Positions 9,763-19,149 of a stretch of DNA of 64,000 bases are shown one piece after another. Every line of letters begins with the position of its first letter. Within the stretch, counting starts at the first letter, position 1. The DNA is from Candidatus Coprenecus pullicola (GTDB taxonomy: Bacteria; Bacteroidota; Bacteroidia; Bacteroidales; UBA932): positions 47-64,046 of the forward strand of contig DVHR01000001.1 of assembly GCA_018711925.1 (NCBI GenBank), given 5' to 3'. The notes under the pieces were generated by a model. That model was not told the DNA's origin. It made no database searches and worked only from the letters and a program-made list of their open reading frames with translations. A program made the translations under genes and the position numbers.

Positions 9763-11352
9763 ATGAAAAGATTTATCATCGCCGCAGCAGTCTGTACAGT
9801 CATAATGGGCTGCGAGAAAAATACCGGCAAAGAAGATTCCGTGGACATTCCCTTGACAATCACAGTCAGCGACAACGGATTTTCCATGGAAGACGGGACC
9901 TATTCTAACAACAGGGCATTCTCAGCAGGAGACCGTATCGGTCTGTTCGCCTTGATGAACGGAGAGATACTGGAAGGCTTCAATAACATCTGCCTCACCG
10001 CATCAGGCACCGGCGACGCCATTGTATGGCAAGCCGCGGATCCGGAAATGCTGTTCCCCTCAGGAGCCGAGTACTATGCTTACTGGCCTTATCAGGAGAC
10101 ATTGCCTGCATCAGTAGACCTTACGGCATCTGATGCCGCAGGCTTTTTCTCAATGATAAGCGAGGCCTGGCCTGTAGCGTCCGACCAGAGCGGAGACGGA
10201 TTCGACTCCTCCGACCTGCTTATAGGCAGGGCAGCTCCGGCGGACAACAGTCTCAATCTCGACATGTCACATGCCATGGGGCTTGTTGAGATAAGCCTTC
10301 CGGGGACATTCTACACATTCACCAACACGGACTACGACATCCCTGACTATTCGTTGAGCGGTCTCAGAATCTCTTTTGACTCAAAGATTCCCAAAAGTAA
10401 AAACGGGAGACTTCTTTTGGTCGTAGAACCGGGTGCCTTCTCCATCCCATGCACATACTCCGGTGAGTCCAAAACCTATGACGGCAATGCTGAATCCGGG
10501 AAATGCACTTCCTTCTCCGAAGGCGACCCGACTGTCATAGAGCACAATCTCCAGATAGGTGACTTCTTCCTCGCGGACGGGAACCTGCTCTCAAAGGACG
10601 CTCCGGCATCCGAAGTAGGCTCCGCCAATGTAATAGGGCTTGTATGCCAGATCGACCCGGAAAGAATCGGCAACGGTGAAAAAGAAGCACTCGGAGGGAC
10701 AGCCCACGCTCTGGTCCTTGCGACCTGGAGTGCCAGATATGGTGGATACTTCTGCTGGTATAAAGACTACTCGTCAGGAAATTACGAGAGGGATGAATCC
10801 GAAATAGGCTTTACCAGCATACCCGAGCTTACAGACCCGCAAGAGCTTTACAGTCTCGCCATAGCTGACATAGAGGGTTACGCGAACTACAGTCTGCTCG
10901 TCTCAGAGAGAGCAGCCGATGTCGAAGCCGGGAACTATCCCGGATTCAAGGCCGTAGGCAACTTTGCAAATGAGGTCGGAGGTCCGGCAGAAGGCATGAC
11001 AACAGGCTGGTTTATGCCGGCCGGAGGCCAGTTGCTGGACGCCATCAGCAATCTTACCGGCCTGCAGTTTGACGAGTCCAATGTACAGGCCAGTTCAGCA
11101 GTCGGAGGCTGGGACGGATGCCTGTCCTGGATGGAGATGGGTACTGTGGCGTTCTTGATGAACAGCGCCATGGAGAAGGTCAGCTTCTCCAACAAGATAA
11201 TATTCGCTGATTCCGGCAACGGAATACAGATAGCAGCACAGTCCTCTCCCACAAACTACCGTTACATAGATTTCGCGGACGGCGGATGGATTGAATATCT
11301 GCACTTCAGAAAAGAGACAGGCTCAACGGTAAGACCCATGCTGGCTTTCTAA
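9763..11352 (+). CDS. Fimbrillin-like (Mfa-like) lipoprotein with a C-terminal DUF1566-like region
   Basis: Lipobox IMGC. The N-terminal FSAGDRIGLFA motif is typical of fimbrillin-like family proteins. The C-terminal GWFMPAGGQLLDAI resembles the DUF1566 motif. The family call is from memory. Confidence 0.65.
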   Translation: MKRFIIAAAVCTVIMGCEKNTGKEDSVDIPLTITVSDNGFSMEDGTYSNNRAFSAGDRIGLFALMNGEILEGFNNICLTASGTGDAIVWQAADPEMLFPSGAEYYAYWPYQETLPASVDLTASDAAGFFSMISEAWPVASDQSGDGFDSSDLLIGRAAPADNSLNLDMSHAMGLVEISLPGTFYTFTNTDYDIPDYSLSGLRISFDSKIPKSKNGRLLLVVEPGAFSIPCTYSGESKTYDGNAESGKCTSFSEGDPTVIEHNLQIGDFFLADGNLLSKDAPASEVGSANVIGLVCQIDPERIGNGEKEALGGTAHALVLATWSARYGGYFCWYKDYSSGNYERDESEIGFTSIPELTDPQELYSLAIADIEGYANYSLLVSERAADVEAGNYPGFKAVGNFANEVGGPAEGMTTGWFMPAGGQLLDAISNLTGLQFDESNVQASSAVGGWDGCLSWMEMGTVAFLMNSAMEKVSFSNKIIFADSGNGIQIAAQSSPTNYRYIDFADGGWIEYLHFRKETGSTVRPMLAF

Positions 11353-11382
11353 AGGCATCCAACAAACTCAAACGACAATCTT

Positions 11383-11416
11383 AAGGGGCTGCGTCACAAC
11401 AGCCCCTTTCTTTTTT
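11383..11416 (+). terminator. Rho-independent terminator
   Basis: AAGGGGCTG-cgtcacaa-CAGCCCCTT followed by TCTTTTTT. Confidence 0.75.
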
Positions 11417-11477
11417 AACCCATCTTTCCGCGAGCCATTTTGCAGGCCGTATCTGTTCCATTAGTTCATTCGCTGTC

Positions 11478-11665
11478 ACTTTTACAATGTCCAGCACATC
11501 GTTCAAATGTATTTTTCTTATTATCAAGCATATACATTTTAGTAACTTGCTGGACTTCGTACATTTCGCCACAAAACCACCATATTACACCGAGTCCAGC
11601 AGACATCTTTTTTCTGGGCGCTTGATTATCAACCACTTCTCTAATCCACTCCTGCTGGACTCCTC
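11478..11665 (+). repeat. Structured intergenic repeat, diverged copy 1 (core module)
   Basis: Aligns without indels to 26547-26735 and to the reverse complement of 41318-41506. It shares TTTTACAATGTCCA, the AAATGTAT/ATACATTT arms and the three 9-mers TTGCTGGAC (11547), GTCCAGCAG (11594) and CTGCTGGAC (11652). Confidence 0.75.
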
Positions 11666-11720
11666 TAGACGGGCAAACTGAACACGAACGTTATGGACGG
11701 CTACTCCGCAGATGGCCAAT

Positions 11721-11762
11721 AAAAAAGCACAGCCCATTCGGGAAAACCGGAATGGACTGTGC
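11721..11762 (-). terminator. Rho-independent terminator of the minus-strand lipoprotein genes
   Basis: The minus strand reads GCACAGTCCATTCC-ggttttccc-GAATGGGCTGTGC followed by TTTTTT. Confidence 0.75.
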
Positions 11763-11792
11763 AGATTATTCAGACTGGTCAGTAGCCTACCG

Positions 11793-13730
11793 TCATTTCG
11801 ACAACAATACCGGTGCTGCGGATGGACCGTTCATAAGATCCACCAGATCCTCAATAGGACCCACGTCCGTAGTTAGTGCCTGTACGAAAGTCCTGCTGAC
11901 AGGTCCCCAGACACCTGCTGCGTCATCAGCCCACGTCACGAATGTGTAATCATAGTAGTCCGTATCATAATACTTGTAAGGAACAACAATATGAGTGGTT
12001 GTATGATCTGTAACCTCTACCGTAAAAGGATTCGTCGGCAGCCAGCTCATAAGATCGTCGTCAGTCTTATACTCCTCCTCTGGATTAGAGTAGTTTCCGA
12101 CAAGGTTGCTGTTATAATAGCAGTGTACGGCTTCCTCGGAAATCGTCACTTTGAATACGGCTAAGGCATTTCCGGAAACTGATGCGCTGCTTTCAGCGAA
12201 AAGTCCGGCCTCCAGAGCCTGATCTCCGTCGTAAATTCCCACCAGAGCATTGGAGAATATAGCTCCTGACTGCTCTTCAACCGTTGTGCTTGCTTCTTCC
12301 GTCACTTCAGCATTGCCTGGCACTGCGTCATTGGATATAGCCACGACTGCTATCACATAGTCGGTCTCGGGAGTAAGGCCCGTAGCCTCAAAGTGCTCGT
12401 ATGTTCCCCTATAGCATACCGACGAGACTGCGTCTGTCATAGTATAACCGGGGTTGAAATCGATATTGAGATCATAATTGCTTTGAACGGCGGCTATTAC
12501 TTCCTTCTGCGCCTTTTCCCAAGTGTACTCCGCTTTGGGGAGGACTACCGGCAGGTAGTAAATGGCAGCGCATTCCTCCGTAGGATGGACCTCAAAGCCC
12601 AGTCTCTTTGCAGTAGCTACATTGACGACAATATCCGCTTTAAACTCATCAGGCTTAATACTGTGACCTGTATTAAAGGCCTCAAGCTCACAGCTGCTGG
12701 TAATGCCCATGCCGGGAGTGTACCCGAATGCGAAAAGATAATACCTGCTGTCGGAATTCACGTCGAAATCCGGAATATCATAAGGTCCGGTATAAAGCCC
12801 CATGCCCTGATCAAGATATGCGCCCTGATTGGTCACATACATCTCGGCGATTGCGTCCGCGTCATCCTCACTGAGATCAGGATAGTTTGTAGAAGGCTGG
12901 CACAGCCATACATATGTTGCCTCATTGTCTGACGGCACCACCGACACATGCGCTGTTGTCGCTGTAACATCCGAGACAGAAAGAGTGAACGTCAGCTCAA
13001 ATTCCTCTGCGGTGACGGCATTTTCCTTAGCAATGCCTGTCTGAAGCGAGCCGTCTGAGGCTGAAAGTCCCATTACCGTCAGCAGATACTCTGTCTGCGG
13101 CTCAAGGCCTGTGATACTTCCTGTCCTCGTACCGGTAAACATATTTGCTGAAAGATAATCCTCCAGACTGCCTCCGGCCGCCTCGGTTATCTTCTCCAGT
13201 ACAGCCGCATGCAGCTCCTCATCCGAAGATGACGCGTATGAGGCCGGAAGCGCGGCCACATAATAAGGCTGGGTATCCACACTCGGGACCACACGCCATG
13301 CGATGGCTTCCGATGTCGCACCTGTTACAGTAAGCTCAAAGGTACATTCCGCCTCCAAGGTACTGGCCTCGACGGTAGCTATCTCGGAATACAGGTCTCC
13401 ATTGGCAGCCACTACTGCAAAATAATAATCAGTAGACGGTTCCAGACCCGTAACCTCAACATCCCCGCCAGGTACCTCCACCTGCGTACCGGCACTCAGC
13501 AGTCCCTTGGCAGAAGGCACTGACTGCAAGTCCTTTATCTGCATATACGCAAGTTCTGTCGCTCCCTCGGAGCTTATTCTTAAAGTTATGGATGAGGCAT
13601 CAGACGACACCGCCTCCACCGATACGGTCGGTGCAGAGCCCTGCTCATCCTTGTTACAAGAGGACAACAGCGCTGCCAGGACAACAGCACCCGACAGCAC
13701 GGACATTCTAAAAAAATCTTTTCCTTTCAT
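11793..13730 (-). CDS. Lipoprotein with repeated Fn3-like domains (unknown function)
   Basis: 645 aa. Lipobox LLSSC followed by NKDEQ. Fn3-like repeat ends in GLEPSTDYYFAVVAANGDLYSEIATVEASTLE. It is a paralog of 30418-31953. Confidence 0.75.
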   Translation of the reverse strand: MKGKDFFRMSVLSGAVVLAALLSSCNKDEQGSAPTVSVEAVSSDASSITLRISSEGATELAYMQIKDLQSVPSAKGLLSAGTQVEVPGGDVEVTGLEPSTDYYFAVVAANGDLYSEIATVEASTLEAECTFELTVTGATSEAIAWRVVPSVDTQPYYVAALPASYASSSDEELHAAVLEKITEAAGGSLEDYLSANMFTGTRTGSITGLEPQTEYLLTVMGLSASDGSLQTGIAKENAVTAEEFELTFTLSVSDVTATTAHVSVVPSDNEATYVWLCQPSTNYPDLSEDDADAIAEMYVTNQGAYLDQGMGLYTGPYDIPDFDVNSDSRYYLFAFGYTPGMGITSSCELEAFNTGHSIKPDEFKADIVVNVATAKRLGFEVHPTEECAAIYYLPVVLPKAEYTWEKAQKEVIAAVQSNYDLNIDFNPGYTMTDAVSSVCYRGTYEHFEATGLTPETDYVIAVVAISNDAVPGNAEVTEEASTTVEEQSGAIFSNALVGIYDGDQALEAGLFAESSASVSGNALAVFKVTISEEAVHCYYNSNLVGNYSNPEEEYKTDDDLMSWLPTNPFTVEVTDHTTTHIVVPYKYYDTDYYDYTFVTWADDAAGVWGPVSRTFVQALTTDVGPIEDLVDLMNGPSAAPVLLSK

Positions 13731-13744
13731 AATACAGGTTAATT

Positions 13745-14734
13745 TTATTGTTGTTCTTCGTCAGAATACGGTTCCATGTACCTGAGGTAATACCTAAGTT
13801 TTCCATGAGGGATATAACACTTCGAACCGTCATAATTGGCCAGCACGAATCCCAACCGGTCTGATGTGCCGAAAAAGTCGGACAGATAATCCGGATGCCA
13901 CATGTAGATGACATCATAGACGATCTCTTCATTCTCTTTTGAGAACTGAATCCTTACTTCCCTGTCATAAAGGGTATTGCACGTATCAGCGACGGTCATG
14001 ACACCTGTCTCCTCATCAAATGTGAACTTTCCGGCAATACGTATGACAGTAGCGCCTCCGGCCACAGTCTCCATGCCGTCCACGACCTCAATGCATCCGT
14101 CATTGAACGTCACCGTGAAGAAAGTCCTCATTTCGGGATTGACAGCCTCCGGATCCGTGAACTCGAATCCCAACGCATCCTCAGACGATATCAGATCGTC
14201 CGGATGCTCCATGTTCCAGTCATGCGCATACTGGTCCGCATACTCTCCAGCCGTGATATACGAGCCCCAAAGTTCGGACTGAACCTCGGGATTCACTTCC
14301 TGGAATATAGTCTCCTCTCTGTCGAACTTGCATATCCTTGCTGTCCAGACAGCATTTTCCAGGTCGTACATATAAACCTTTGAAGCATCACCCTGCTCGA
14401 CTGTGAAGAACACATCCTCCGCCAGTCTGTCGCTGACAAGATGCACTACCGCAGTCCTGGCACCACCTCTATTGGTGTCTACCTGAAAGGTCAGCACACC
14501 GTCCACACTGAAATCCCAGCCTCCGATCCATGTCTCTCCGCATACCGGTTCCAGTTCGACATTCTGATTTTCATCAAATAAGTAACTGATTGAAAAAGTA
14601 CCTCCTGCCGACGGGACAGTCAAAGTATTGGGAGATATACTTACGGCAACATCCGAAGACGAACCGGAATCCCTTTCGCACGATACGGACACTGCAAGAA
14701 TCACTACTGCAAATAAAAAAATTAAACGTTTCAT
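13745..14734 (-). CDS. Lipoprotein with an N-terminal BACON-like Ig domain (unknown function)
   Basis: 330 aa counted from MKRLIFLF (the track start at 14758 is 8 codons upstream). Lipobox SVSC. Contains TLTVPSAGGTFSISYLF. Confidence 0.7.
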   Translation of the reverse strand: MKRLIFLFAVVILAVSVSCERDSGSSSDVAVSISPNTLTVPSAGGTFSISYLFDENQNVELEPVCGETWIGGWDFSVDGVLTFQVDTNRGGARTAVVHLVSDRLAEDVFFTVEQGDASKVYMYDLENAVWTARICKFDREETIFQEVNPEVQSELWGSYITAGEYADQYAHDWNMEHPDDLISSEDALGFEFTDPEAVNPEMRTFFTVTFNDGCIEVVDGMETVAGGATVIRIAGKFTFDEETGVMTVADTCNTLYDREVRIQFSKENEEIVYDVIYMWHPDYLSDFFGTSDRLGFVLANYDGSKCYIPHGKLRYYLRYMEPYSDEEQQ

Positions 14735-14971
14735 AATATAAATAATTAAAACTTTCATTTATCCGAAATCACCGTTGCCGGCATCAATTCACCATGAACA
14801 TCCAGAGACGTGATGTCAATTGCAAAGAAAAACGTATGAATGTCTCAAACTCACAAATTAATATAATCAAGTTAAACATCAAACAAAGCATGCGCTTATC
14901 GGCAGCAAAGTTACCGACATATTTCAAAATAAGCAAATTTTTATAACCAATTCTTATATTGTCGTCCTCTA

Positions 14972-16594
14972 TTAAGACTCAGGCTCCTCCCAGACCGGCT
15001 CCCCGTCGTATTCGAAGGCAAACTCATCCACGTACATCAGACTGCCGATACCCCCGGTGAAAAAGTCCGCATACTTGCTGGCCACGGCAACCACGGCGCA
15101 GTATGTCGGCTTACGGTGGTCGCGGTACTTTATGTCTATCGAGAACTGCTTGTACTGACCGCCCGTACCCGTGCTGTCCACCAGTTCCCCGTAACCGATT
15201 ACGTCCGGGTCATTGACGTCGAGATACACGTGCTCATTGGTATTGACCCTGCAAGGTCCGTCCCATGCTGTCACGTAGACGAAGATATGACACCGGTCCA
15301 TCCGTCCGCCGATAGTATTGCGGTCAAAGGGAAGATCCACTCCCGACGGAGGATTGACATTGTCAATGGGCACAGGCTCGTAACTGTACCATCCGGTAAG
15401 CCTCAGCGGCCTGGTCTCGAACGGACGTCCGAAGAACACCTCGGCTCCAAGTCCCTGCACGCTTCCGAAATGGCCCGAGAACACATTGCCGCCGGCCATG
15501 GCTATCACGACCTTGACAGTCTCCAGCCTTGCGGCCATCTTGCCGTCACCGGACACCGCCAGAAAACTCTCCTCCGGAGAAGTCGGATTGGCCTCCCCGA
15601 TGATATTCGCACCTATATTACCGGAGTCCCACCAGTAACCCGCGTCCAGGTCAGGATTGGCGAACCAGCTCTTGCCGTCCTTTATCCACTGGTCAAAACC
15701 CATATTGGGCATCTGTGCGGCAGCCTCAGTAGTGAAGGTCTCCTCGCTGCCCTCCACATCTCCGGAATATATCCTGTAGACATATTCCGTTTCAGGCTCC
15801 AGACCTGTAAGATGGGCACTCACTCTCATGCCTGACACCTCCACTCCGGACACTTCCGTCCACTCGGTGTCCGAGGCCTTCCGGTACCTGAAACCAGGAG
15901 CCTCAGAGCCTTCGGGAACCATACCGTAAAGATAGGCCGAGTACGCCCACGCATCAGCCGGCTCGGTTGTCAGCGTCACTTCGCGGGGTATGACAGCCAT
16001 GGTCCACTCCTCCACAACATCCCTGTATGACACTGTAAACACCTGCGGTGAGGTAAAATCCCTGACCGACTCAGGAGCCGGAGTAATGACAGAGTTGGAA
16101 GGACCGAGTTTCATGTCCGTAATCTCAATGGAATCCAAAGGAGTATCCAAAGTCACGTAGACCACGGCCTCATGCTCGTCGGGATTGATGGAAGCCTCAC
16201 CTATCTGGTTGCGTACCCGGACATATCTCTCAATCGTCTGGGTGGCTGTCACAGTCCAGCGGTACACCTGCCCGGGCCATGTGGTCAATTCATAGTACAG
16301 TGGAGCCGACAGGTCGACAAAGGCTGTGTCGATGGCCGGAGACACAGTCGTATTGGAAGATGTCTCGAATCTGAGCAGGCGGACATGGCTCATAGTCACC
16401 GTATCAGCCATATCCACGGACACCGTCAACGCGGATGAGTCGATCACAGCCGCGGACAGCTGCCCCTGAACCTCAAACGCGGTTATAGTCCCCAGTCTCC
16501 TGGGATAAGGGATGTCATTCTTTATACATCCTGAAGCCGCAAGCAGAATTGCCGCGGACATCAGGGCGCAAATGATATTTTTCCTGGACGACAT
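14972..16594 (-). CDS. Lipoprotein with an Fn3 domain and a C-terminal PCMD-like domain
   Basis: 540 aa. Lipobox ASGC. Contains LTGLEPETEYVYRIY, then NMGFDQW...WWDSGNIGAN...YVDEFAFEY, which is shared with the paralogs. Confidence 0.8.
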   Translation of the reverse strand: MSSRKNIICALMSAAILLAASGCIKNDIPYPRRLGTITAFEVQGQLSAAVIDSSALTVSVDMADTVTMSHVRLLRFETSSNTTVSPAIDTAFVDLSAPLYYELTTWPGQVYRWTVTATQTIERYVRVRNQIGEASINPDEHEAVVYVTLDTPLDSIEITDMKLGPSNSVITPAPESVRDFTSPQVFTVSYRDVVEEWTMAVIPREVTLTTEPADAWAYSAYLYGMVPEGSEAPGFRYRKASDTEWTEVSGVEVSGMRVSAHLTGLEPETEYVYRIYSGDVEGSEETFTTEAAAQMPNMGFDQWIKDGKSWFANPDLDAGYWWDSGNIGANIIGEANPTSPEESFLAVSGDGKMAARLETVKVVIAMAGGNVFSGHFGSVQGLGAEVFFGRPFETRPLRLTGWYSYEPVPIDNVNPPSGVDLPFDRNTIGGRMDRCHIFVYVTAWDGPCRVNTNEHVYLDVNDPDVIGYGELVDSTGTGGQYKQFSIDIKYRDHRKPTYCAVVAVASKYADFFTGGIGSLMYVDEFAFEYDGEPVWEEPES

Positions 16595-16600
16595 GACTCA

Positions 16601-17401
16601 TCAGTTTTTTGACGCTGACGGCTTTTCGTTGAGCACCGGCAGCACGAAATTGATTCCTATGTTGATTGACAGCAGGTTGAGCTTGAAATTGGCCTTCGAT
16701 GTCTCATAACTGCCCTCGTACACCTGGTTGGTTGTCTGCGATATCCGCTTCCACTCCAGACCGAGTATGCCCACCGAGGCCTCCACACACATATCATTGG
16801 TCACGAAAATCGATATCCCCGGTATCACATCTATGCCTATGTCCAGAATTTTCTGGTAAGTTCCGGTAAGATTGTCGCCCGTCCCGGAAAGAGACTTGCC
16901 CTGTCCGGCTCCGAAGTTCAGGGATATGTCGCTGAATATTCCGAACACCCTGCTCTTTCCTATCGGTATATAATAACGGTAGGACACGGAACCGTAGTAT
17001 GTGTGCTGCAGGGTATAGAAATCAGATATCCCGAAGGAAAGGTCATCAGACAGAGATATATCGGTCTGGTCTACCCTTCCGAGCGTTCTCTTATAGGAAA
17101 ACTTTACGCCCACTGCCATATTCTTCGCAAAAGAGTAATATATACTGGGAGTGACAGAAAGAGTGTAGGCATTGATATTCATGTCATCAAGTATCAGGAA
17201 CGTGTAGTCATAGAAACTGTAGTCCCTGTACGACACCGTGCCTCCGAACATCAACTGTCCTTTGGGCATAAACACAGGCGCGTCCCTATGATCCAGACCA
17301 CGGTCAAACTTTTCCGCTCCCGTGGATGAGAACGGAAAAGCCGCAAGAAGCACTGCCAGCAGACAGAGCGCCGCAAAACTGATATTAGCCTTTTTTATCA
17401 T
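16601..17401 (-). CDS. Small outer-membrane beta-barrel protein (predicted)
   Basis: 266 aa with a signal peptide. Alternating hydrophobic/aromatic strands run throughout (VSYRYYIPIG, ISLNFGAG, LSINIGINFVL). The start overlaps the upstream stop (ATGA). Confidence 0.65.
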   Translation of the reverse strand: MIKKANISFAALCLLAVLLAAFPFSSTGAEKFDRGLDHRDAPVFMPKGQLMFGGTVSYRDYSFYDYTFLILDDMNINAYTLSVTPSIYYSFAKNMAVGVKFSYKRTLGRVDQTDISLSDDLSFGISDFYTLQHTYYGSVSYRYYIPIGKSRVFGIFSDISLNFGAGQGKSLSGTGDNLTGTYQKILDIGIDVIPGISIFVTNDMCVEASVGILGLEWKRISQTTNQVYEGSYETSKANFKLNLLSINIGINFVLPVLNEKPSASKN

Positions 17402-19134
17402 TCAAACAAGAATTCAAATTCGTCAATATACATTGTACTGCCATTTCCGCCGGTGAAATAGTCGGCATACTTGCTGGCAGTAACAACTACCAGCACATAA
17501 GCCGGCTTGCGGTCAAGGTCATTGTACTCCAAGTCAATAGTAAACTCTTCATATTGGCCACCGGTACTCTCGCCGGTCTCAAGCTCCCCATAAGCGATGA
17601 CAGATGGATCGTCAGGGCTGAACAATGTCCCGTCAGCATTATTGACTCTGAATGGAGCAGACCAGTCTGTCAGGGCGACATATATCTTGGCCACATCCAT
17701 TGAGCCCTTCAGGGACTCATAAGGAGACTTCACATAGTCTATGGCGACCGGGGCATAATCATACCATCCATGCAGGGCAGTGGGCCGACTGGTGTAGGGA
17801 CGGCCGAAATCCAGCTCGGCACCGGTCATACCCACCAGCGTTACGAAGGCGCCGGAATAAATATTACCGCCGGCGAACTGTCCCAGAGAGCCAAGTCCGA
17901 CAAATTGAGAACTGAGTTTTACCGCTGAGCCGGCCACTACATGGGCGGTCTCCTGCGACGTAGGGTACTTGCTCATGATACTGGCTCCTTCATTGCCGGA
18001 ATCCCAGAAATACGACGCATCACGATCGGCATTCGGGAAATGACCGTCCTCTGACCAGGTGTCAAAGTTGAAGTTGGGCAGCTGGTCCGCCGCCTCCGTC
18101 GTAAACTGCACTGCACTGTCATCCCGCACGTCCTGCGCCGACACGGCCCTGAACTCATACATAGTCTCAGGCTCCAGGCCCGTGATACGGGCTGAAAAAG
18201 ATTTTCCGTCCAGAGAGATTTCACCCACGAAATCAGTCCACTCAGTCTCCGATGCCTTTCTGTACTGGAATCCAAGGCCCTCGGGAGCCGAATCCGTAGT
18301 ATACTTTCCGTTTACGTATGCGAACATGGCCCATGGATTGGCATCTCCAGTAATCACCTCCTGATTAAGAACCGGCAGATCTATGATGTCTATGACATGC
18401 TCCTTGTCGTTAAGCGTACCGTCCACAGTGACTTTCAGGGACAGACCTCCGCCTGTCGAAGTGCCGCCCTCCACATCGAAACTGAACTTATAGTGATCCC
18501 TTGGCTCAACATCGGAGACCTCCCCTGACTGGGAGAATCTGTCCCCGTCAGTATTGACCAAATCGATAGTCCACTTCAGAGTACCTGTACACTTGAAATA
18601 GCCCTCCGAGGCCATAGTCTCCCCGGCATAGACCAACGAGCCGCCCTCATTGCCGTTGGACACGGTCACAGAGTACTCCGTAAAATTGATTCGGACATTC
18701 TCCGAGACCGTCACCGTAGCCTTCACATTGGCCAGAGTGCAGACAATATCCGCATAGGCGCTTTCCCCGGCCACGACATCCACTGTGTCAGCACCTTTAT
18801 AATAAGGTGCCTCAAAGGCGGCCTCCACATCCTCACCGTTGGTGGCCTCCACTATATACTTGCCCTCCGTAAGAGAGACAGGCTCGTCCATTATAGTGTG
18901 ATGATCCTCAATTGTCTTCACTATCACTCCGTTCTCGTAATTCTTGATTACCACCTTAAATGTCGGGTCATCCTCCTGCGCCTTGACCTCCGTCACCGTC
19001 AGGTCTGAGGAGATATTGAGTCTGAGAAATCCCTTCTCCCCGCTGCCCGGACCGAGAACATCATTACGGGAGCATGAGACAGCCACAGCACTGGCCATAA
19101 GCGCGATTACGCTGACTTTAAGCATATTTTTCAT
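17398..19134 (-). CDS. Lipoprotein with a DUF4493-like N-terminal module, an Fn3 domain and a C-terminal PCMD-like domain
   Basis: 578 aa. Lipobox AVSC. The N-module ...VCTLANVKATVTV... is shared with the two upstream genes. Contains ITGLEPETMYEFRAV, then NFNFDTW...FWDSGNEGAS...YIDEFEFLFE. Confidence 0.8.
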   Translation of the reverse strand: MKNMLKVSVIALMASAVAVSCSRNDVLGPGSGEKGFLRLNISSDLTVTEVKAQEDDPTFKVVIKNYENGVIVKTIEDHHTIMDEPVSLTEGKYIVEATNGEDVEAAFEAPYYKGADTVDVVAGESAYADIVCTLANVKATVTVSENVRINFTEYSVTVSNGNEGGSLVYAGETMASEGYFKCTGTLKWTIDLVNTDGDRFSQSGEVSDVEPRDHYKFSFDVEGGTSTGGGLSLKVTVDGTLNDKEHVIDIIDLPVLNQEVITGDANPWAMFAYVNGKYTTDSAPEGLGFQYRKASETEWTDFVGEISLDGKSFSARITGLEPETMYEFRAVSAQDVRDDSAVQFTTEAADQLPNFNFDTWSEDGHFPNADRDASYFWDSGNEGASIMSKYPTSQETAHVVAGSAVKLSSQFVGLGSLGQFAGGNIYSGAFVTLVGMTGAELDFGRPYTSRPTALHGWYDYAPVAIDYVKSPYESLKGSMDVAKIYVALTDWSAPFRVNNADGTLFSPDDPSVIAYGELETGESTGGQYEEFTIDLEYNDLDRKPAYVLVVVTASKYADYFTGGNGSTMYIDEFEFLFE

Positions 19135-19149
19135 GACTAGTCCCTCCCG

